A stretch of DNA of 64,000 bases, from contig CAZNOF010000008.1 in the NCBI GenBank assembly GCA_964574595.1, forward strand, positions 15 through 64,014, given 5' to 3'. The notes under the pieces were generated by a model. It made no database searches and was not told where the DNA came from. It saw nothing but the letters and a program-made list of their open reading frames with translations. The position numbers and the translations under genes were made by a program. Below, in pieces: positions 59,338 to 64,000 of this stretch. Each line of letters begins with the position of its first letter. Position 1 is the stretch's first letter. Origin of the DNA: an uncultured Pseudomonadales bacterium (GTDB lineage Bacteria; Patescibacteriota; Microgenomatia; UBA1400; PJMF01).

Positions 59338-60426
59338 CTATTTTGTCTGAGTAACTCCCGTATTGATCCAGGTTGGATCAAGCGCTGAAACGTAGCCAAT
59401 GAATCCGTTGTCGCCAGTGAATACATAAACTGGCTGCAAGTAATCTTGTTCTTGGTCGTCGTCGTAATACCCAAGCACCACATTTCTGACAACTGCGATG
59501 TCCGATGTACCTTTTTGAGCGACATATCCTTCCCCGGCTTGGAGAGTCTGCCAGGCTGTATTTACCGCTCTTAATGGGTAGGTTTCCACTTGAGTGTAGT
59601 CAACTTGGTGGTAGTTACTGACGATATCCATCACGCCATCTTTGCCTTGAAACGAGCCTGAAACGACGGCGTGGACAATTCCATCTACTCCGTTTGGTGT
59701 GAACATAGGATACAAACTATCTACTGGCGTTCTATCCAAATCAACTTTAAGAAAATCGGCATCTGAGAACGAAACAGCTGGTGAGACATCACCTCCGAGC
59801 GCTTTTAAGTAAGCGACTCGTCCAGATGTGGTAGCAATGTCTGGACCGATGGTTTGAGCAGTACTAATGAAACTTTTGACCAACTCCACCGCATCGCGCT
59901 CAATTGGCAACTTACGCTGTGCTAACAGCTCTGGCTTACTTAAGTAATTAGTGGTCATCTTAAAAGTGTAATTCTGAATGTCCATGTCCAGGGTAGCGAT
60001 CAACGGAGTTGTTTTATTCCAACGATACGTTCTATCGTTGAGAGCATTTGGCTGGAACAAGAATCCAAAGTTGGCGGCAATTTCTTTGGCGCGTTGGTCA
60101 GCTAACAGACTAGGTGACGATTTGACCATCAAAAATACCTTGGCTCGATCTTTAAATGCCGGGAAGTCGCCTTTACCTGTTTGTAATTGATAAGAGATGG
60201 GCTTTTCTGCTTGAGTTTTGGTTGGGAAATGAGGACCAGGAATTCTGCCAAATCCAACTGTGGGTGGTGGAGGTGCCGCAGGATGTGTGGCGACCCAGTA
60301 CCCAACTGCTGCCGTCAAAAAGACCCGTCCGACAATCAAAACGACTAGAGCAATGGCGCTAAATTTCACGCCTTGTCGTCCAAAATAAGCAATTTGAGTG
60401 AGGTTGGCTCCCGTATTTTCTGGCAT
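59338..60426 (-). CDS. hypothetical membrane-anchored protein (362 aa)
   Basis: N-terminal TM helix (AIALVVLIVGRVFLTAAVGYWV), proline-rich linker, large extracytoplasmic domain. No motif recognised. Confidence 0.5.
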   Translation of the reverse strand: MPENTGANLTQIAYFGRQGVKFSAIALVVLIVGRVFLTAAVGYWVATHPAAPPPPTVGFGRIPGPHFPTKTQAEKPISYQLQTGKGDFPAFKDRAKVFLMVKSSPSLLADQRAKEIAANFGFLFQPNALNDRTYRWNKTTPLIATLDMDIQNYTFKMTTNYLSKPELLAQRKLPIERDAVELVKSFISTAQTIGPDIATTSGRVAYLKALGGDVSPAVSFSDADFLKVDLDRTPVDSLYPMFTPNGVDGIVHAVVSGSFQGKDGVMDIVSNYHQVDYTQVETYPLRAVNTAWQTLQAGEGYVAQKGTSDIAVVRNVVLGYYDDDQEQDYLQPVYVFTGDNGFIGYVSALDPTWINTGVTQTK

Positions 60427-60439
60427 CTTGTTTAGTGTA

Positions 60440-61366
60440 TCAGTTTTCCGCTATTTTTTGCCATTGATAATGTGCAAATATCCATTGAATAATCTGCTTC
60501 GTTTCGCCAAATCGGTCAGTACTGCCCAGCACTACGATAATCACTTGATGACCATCACGGTCCACTTCTGTGATCAAGTTTTCGCCCGCAAACTCCGTTG
60601 TCCCGGTTTTAATCCCCACCACACCTGGGACTTCACCAAACAACTCTTGAGTGCTTCGTAAGTAATGAGTAATCTTGCCGGTAGAATCCTTGATGGTGGT
60701 TTGTGGGGTAGCCACAATCTCCTTCAAGACTGGATCTTTCACCACTTGATTGGCTAGCAAAGCTAAATCTCTGGCACTGGACAGTTCATTATCCGCATCA
60801 AGGCCAGAAACATTGTTAAAGACTGTTTGAGTTAAATGAAGGCTCACCGCCATCTGGTTCATTTGCTTAATAAATCCTTGGTAACCAAATGGATGATTTT
60901 GACCAAGAACCAATGCGGCATCATTGCCAGAGGGAATTAATAACGCTTTCAGAAGATTCTGAACGCTCATTTTCTCTCCCAACTTCAGGCCCGAAACAGT
61001 GCCCGTGGTATAAGCTGCATCGCTAACCGTCAAAACCTTATCCAATGAATAAATTTGTCTGGCCACCAGCGCGGTCATAAGCTTAGCGGTGGATGCAGGG
61101 TATCTTGGATCATTGGCATTTTTTTGATACAGAATTGCACCGGACTCTCGATCCATCACGTAAACCGCAGAAGCCGAGATAGAAGATATTTCCGTTCCTA
61201 ACTCCGATGAACCCACGTAAACTGGCACAGTCACAGGCGAAATGAGTGCAGGAGTTGTTATTGCTTCCACTTCTTCGACTTTAAGAGGCGCCGCAGTTCT
61301 CATCAGCAGCAAGAAGCCACTAACCAACAACAAACTCACCCATTGATCAAAACGAAGTTTCGGCAC
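60440..61366 (-). CDS. D-alanyl-D-alanine carboxypeptidase (S11 peptidase, PBP5-like low-MW PBP)
   Basis: All three PBP motifs are present: ASTAK (SxxK), PSGN (SxN), KTGT (KTG). N-terminal signal/TM segment. Confidence 0.85.
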   Translation of the reverse strand: MPKLRFDQWVSLLLVSGFLLLMRTAAPLKVEEVEAITTPALISPVTVPVYVGSSELGTEISSISASAVYVMDRESGAILYQKNANDPRYPASTAKLMTALVARQIYSLDKVLTVSDAAYTTGTVSGLKLGEKMSVQNLLKALLIPSGNDAALVLGQNHPFGYQGFIKQMNQMAVSLHLTQTVFNNVSGLDADNELSSARDLALLANQVVKDPVLKEIVATPQTTIKDSTGKITHYLRSTQELFGEVPGVVGIKTGTTEFAGENLITEVDRDGHQVIIVVLGSTDRFGETKQIIQWIFAHYQWQKIAEN

Positions 61367-61459
61367 GATTGATTATTGTACAGAAAAAGATGTCTCAGGA
61401 AAATTAGCACAACGGACGTACTAATCGAGAGTTTTGATATCTTTTGATATAATAATCAA

Positions 61460-62623
61460 ATGCCCAACCAAGAACAGCGTTCCTATACTCCAGAACGCCA
61501 ACCTATCCCATTCGAGCAAATCGCCTTGGACAATCAAGATATCCGATTAAGCAGCCATCCTAACTCGCCTGATATTATCAAGCAGTACACGCAGCTCCAA
61601 GATCCCTTATTAAGTGGCTTAGACATACCCTCTGCCGATTTATTTCTCCAGCTTCCATATAACGATCAACTCAAGCTTGCTGAACGCTTCATGGAAAGTA
61701 ATCGCAAAAGGAAATTAAGAGGCTTAGAAAAGGATGCCTTTTATCAGCGGATTGCCTCTAATGAAACAGAAATGAGGGTTGAACAAGCCGCCTCACCCTT
61801 AGCCAGACCGTTTAAACTGTATGATCGGAACATGGTTGGCAAAGAATATCGAGCTATATACGATTTTGATTTACCAATCACCACGGAAGAGTCTGTTACT
61901 CGAATTCATTACCGAAGTTTGCAAATGCTAACAGGTGGTTCTGAGATTAGTTATTTTACGTTACGCAAAATTACGCCGAATGGTGTCGATGAATTAGATC
62001 TACTGAACCCAAATCAAAGTGTGTTTGTTTTTGAAGGCAATGCCGGAAATAGCGCGCAGTACTATCGCCAAAATGTTTACCTGAACCAGGCACCGTTGTC
62101 ACTCAGACAGTTAACCATCTTCAAGCATGAGGCTCACCACTTGCTGAACGAGGGTGCTAATGATGTTCACCACTTTTTAGGTTCAGCAAAAATGAAACTG
62201 TTACTCCTTTTCAAAGATATCCCTTTTACACAACAAACTCAGGACGAGCTCCTAGATATGTTAAAGAAGAATTACAAAGAGTGGTACTTGGCACTCTTAG
62301 AACCCTTCACAATCGCGGAAGCCGTCAGCATGTATCAAGATGAAGTGACTGCATCTGCAGGAGCATCAAATGAAATGGCAGACGTGCTAGAATTTCTGGG
62401 ACCAGAGTTTCAACCACTCCAAAAAGATGTAGACTTATTACTGGCCGACTCACTTTCTACCTACCTGCTTGGTTTTCAGTATGTGATCGGAAAATGCTTG
62501 CTGCCACAGAGGTATCTTGAGCTGACTGTACAGGAGCGACAGCGAATCGCCGAAATCAAAGCTAATTTGGCGAAGCAATCTGAGAAGAGTAAAAAAAGCA
62601 TGATTAATCAATCTGAATATTAA
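61460..62623 (+). CDS. hypothetical protein with HExxH motif (387 aa)
   Basis: IFKHEAHHLLNEG contains HEAHH. No TM segments. Otherwise unrecognised. Confidence 0.5.
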   Translation: MPNQEQRSYTPERQPIPFEQIALDNQDIRLSSHPNSPDIIKQYTQLQDPLLSGLDIPSADLFLQLPYNDQLKLAERFMESNRKRKLRGLEKDAFYQRIASNETEMRVEQAASPLARPFKLYDRNMVGKEYRAIYDFDLPITTEESVTRIHYRSLQMLTGGSEISYFTLRKITPNGVDELDLLNPNQSVFVFEGNAGNSAQYYRQNVYLNQAPLSLRQLTIFKHEAHHLLNEGANDVHHFLGSAKMKLLLLFKDIPFTQQTQDELLDMLKKNYKEWYLALLEPFTIAEAVSMYQDEVTASAGASNEMADVLEFLGPEFQPLQKDVDLLLADSLSTYLLGFQYVIGKCLLPQRYLELTVQERQRIAEIKANLAKQSEKSKKSMINQSEY

Positions 62624-62744
62624 CCCACCTCTATTAGCAGTCTCTAGTCTTGAGTGCTAATATCAAACAGTATCAATACACATCAGAAACTGCTAATTAA
62701 TATCAAACATCACTATATCGCGATAGCTCGCTGACATTTTATTT

Positions 62745-62912
62745 ATCCCGTGATATCATTCATCTATTACGTTGATCGTTTGGCACACGGGAGTAATACA
62801 AAAAGTGAAAGAGGCCCGATGGTCATCGGGCAAGTAGGGTGGAACCGCGATTCAAATAGATTGAACCGTCCCTACAGTTCGTAATTACGGATTGTAGAGA
62901 CGGTTTTTTTGT
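62745..62912 (+). promoter_or_regulatory. T-box riboswitch leader (glycine-specific candidate) controlling glyQS
   Basis: T-box consensus AGGGTGGAACCGCG at 62836-62849 with a UGGA bulge (complements tRNA UCCA). Antiterminator pairing gtaggg(62834-39)/ccctac(62870-75). Mutually exclusive terminator 62866-62910. Candidate specifier GGC+A at 62782-62785 next to the helix cccgtg/cacggg. Stem III gcccgat/atcgggc. Confidence 0.6.
62866..62910 (+). terminator. intrinsic terminator of the T-box leader
   Basis: ccgtccctacag...ttgtagagacgg stem (one mismatch) followed by TTTTTTT at 62904-62910. Confidence 0.6.
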
Positions 62913-62933
62913 ACCGTCTCGGAAAGGATGCAG

Positions 62934-64000
62934 ATGTCTGCTCCAACCTTAGATCAACTCAGTTCTTTGTGTCGTCGCCGTGGCTTTGTCTACCCGACTT
63001 CAGATATTTACGGCGGTCTTGCCAATTCTTACGACTACGGTCCAGTTGGCGTAGAGTTACTTCGCAACATCAAAAACTTGTGGTGGCAAACGTTCATTCA
63101 CGGCCGAACCGACATGGTCGGTCTTGATTCGCAAATTTTACTGCATCCAGAAACTTGGGTGGCTTCCGGACACGTTGGTTCCTTTTCTGATCCATTAGTA
63201 GAAGATAAAGTGTCTAAGAAGCGCTTTCGAGCTGATCATTTAATAGAAGCTTGGATTGGCAAGCAAAAAGATCCAGCCCAGTTCCCTACTGTGGAAAATA
63301 TGAAAATCGATGAGATGGCGGCGTTCATTAAAGAACATCACATTATCAGCCCTGATGGTAATGAACTGACCGATCCGAAAAGCTTTAACTTGCTCTTTGA
63401 GTCGTCAATTGGTGTAGTAGCGGGCGAAAAATCGAAAGTCTACCTGCGAGGTGAAACTGCTCAAGGTATTTTTTCTGATTTCAAACCCATTTTAGACTCC
63501 AGTCGTGTTCAGTTACCTTTTGGTGTGGGACAGATCGGTCGGAGTTTCAGAAACGAAATTACGATGGGTCAATTTATCTTCCGAACCATTGAGTTCGAGC
63601 AAGCTGAAATTGAGTACTTCTTTGATCCTACAAAAATGGATTGGGCTAAGTTAATGAAAGATTGGCAAGCTAACATGTGGTCATTCATTACTGAGACCTT
63701 GGGGATTCAGGAAGAGCACCTTCGCTGGCGCCAACACACTGACAAAGAACGCAGTCACTACAGCAAAGATACCTATGATTTGGATTACCAATTCGCATTT
63801 GGTTGGAAAGAGCTGTGGGGTATCGCCTATAGAACTGATTACGACTTAAAACAACATATGCAGTTCTCTGGGAAGAGTTTGGAGTACACCGACCCGGTCA
63901 CGGCTGAAAAGATGGTGCCTCATGTCATTGAGCCAGCACTAGGTCTGAATCGAGCATTCTTAATGGTCCTGTCTGATAGTTTCTGGATTGATGAAGAGAA
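62934..64000 (+). CDS. glyQS: glycine--tRNA ligase (class II, alpha2 GlyQS type), 5' part; continues beyond window end
   Basis: Frame not in ORF track (no stop in window). MSAPTLDQLSSLCRRRGFVYPTSDIYGGLANSYDYGPVGVELLRNIKNLWW...GIAYRTDYDLKQH. An alternative in-frame ATG lies at 62928. Confidence 0.85.
   Translation, partial: MSAPTLDQLSSLCRRRGFVYPTSDIYGGLANSYDYGPVGVELLRNIKNLWWQTFIHGRTDMVGLDSQILLHPETWVASGHVGSFSDPLVEDKVSKKRFRADHLIEAWIGKQKDPAQFPTVENMKIDEMAAFIKEHHIISPDGNELTDPKSFNLLFESSIGVVAGEKSKVYLRGETAQGIFSDFKPILDSSRVQLPFGVGQIGRSFRNEITMGQFIFRTIEFEQAEIEYFFDPTKMDWAKLMKDWQANMWSFITETLGIQEEHLRWRQHTDKERSHYSKDTYDLDYQFAFGWKELWGIAYRTDYDLKQHMQFSGKSLEYTDPVTAEKMVPHVIEPALGLNRAFLMVLSDSFWIDEE

Noticed and set aside
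62909-63127. 72-aa ORF-track call overlapping the start of glyQS
   Set aside because: Wrong frame. The frame starting at ATG 62934 (or 62928) encodes an unmistakable glycyl-tRNA synthetase and stays open to the window end.
1-64000. CRISPR array or cas genes
   Set aside because: No run of regularly spaced direct repeats was seen, and no Cas-like proteins appear among the ORFs.

Overview
This is a low-GC (about 40-45% by hand counts), gene-dense bacterial chromosome segment with many 4-bp start/stop overlaps. The gene content (tRNA without encoded CCA, dozens of glycosylation genes, few regulators) is most consistent with a small-genome uncultivated lineage such as Patescibacteria/CPR, but that placement is inference only. 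Positions ~1-49,100 form one very large cell-envelope glycan locus. It contains nucleotide-sugar enzymes (RmlB/C/D, Ugd, Gmd plus an Rmd-like reductase, a UXS/ArnA-C-like decarboxylase, a DegT aminotransferase, a GalE-like epimerase), about ten soluble GT2/GT4 transferases, three polyprenyl-phosphate-sugar-synthase-like GT2 enzymes (one fused to GtrA), two Wzx-like flippases, an LCP-family ligase and about 15 large polytopic GT-C-type membrane proteins. Seven of the GT-C proteins are PMT_2/ArnT-like paralogs, five in one tandem array, and there are two further unnamed paralog families. The last ~14 kb is housekeeping: P-type ATPase, M29 aminopeptidase, rdgB, ybaB, dnaX, ybeY, a DD-carboxypeptidase, and glyQS preceded by a T-box leader. 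Between an orphan OmpR-type response regulator and the P-type ATPase sits tRNA-Gln(CUG), followed by a ~1.6-1.9 kb islet whose GC rises to 55-62% in places. The islet encodes only small proteins of unknown function, including a tandem paralog pair; one paralog carries a J-domain-like helix I/II motif but no HPD. This tRNA-adjacent, compositionally foreign islet is the best candidate in the window for an undescribed accessory module. All functional calls are motif recognition by eye; no database search was possible.
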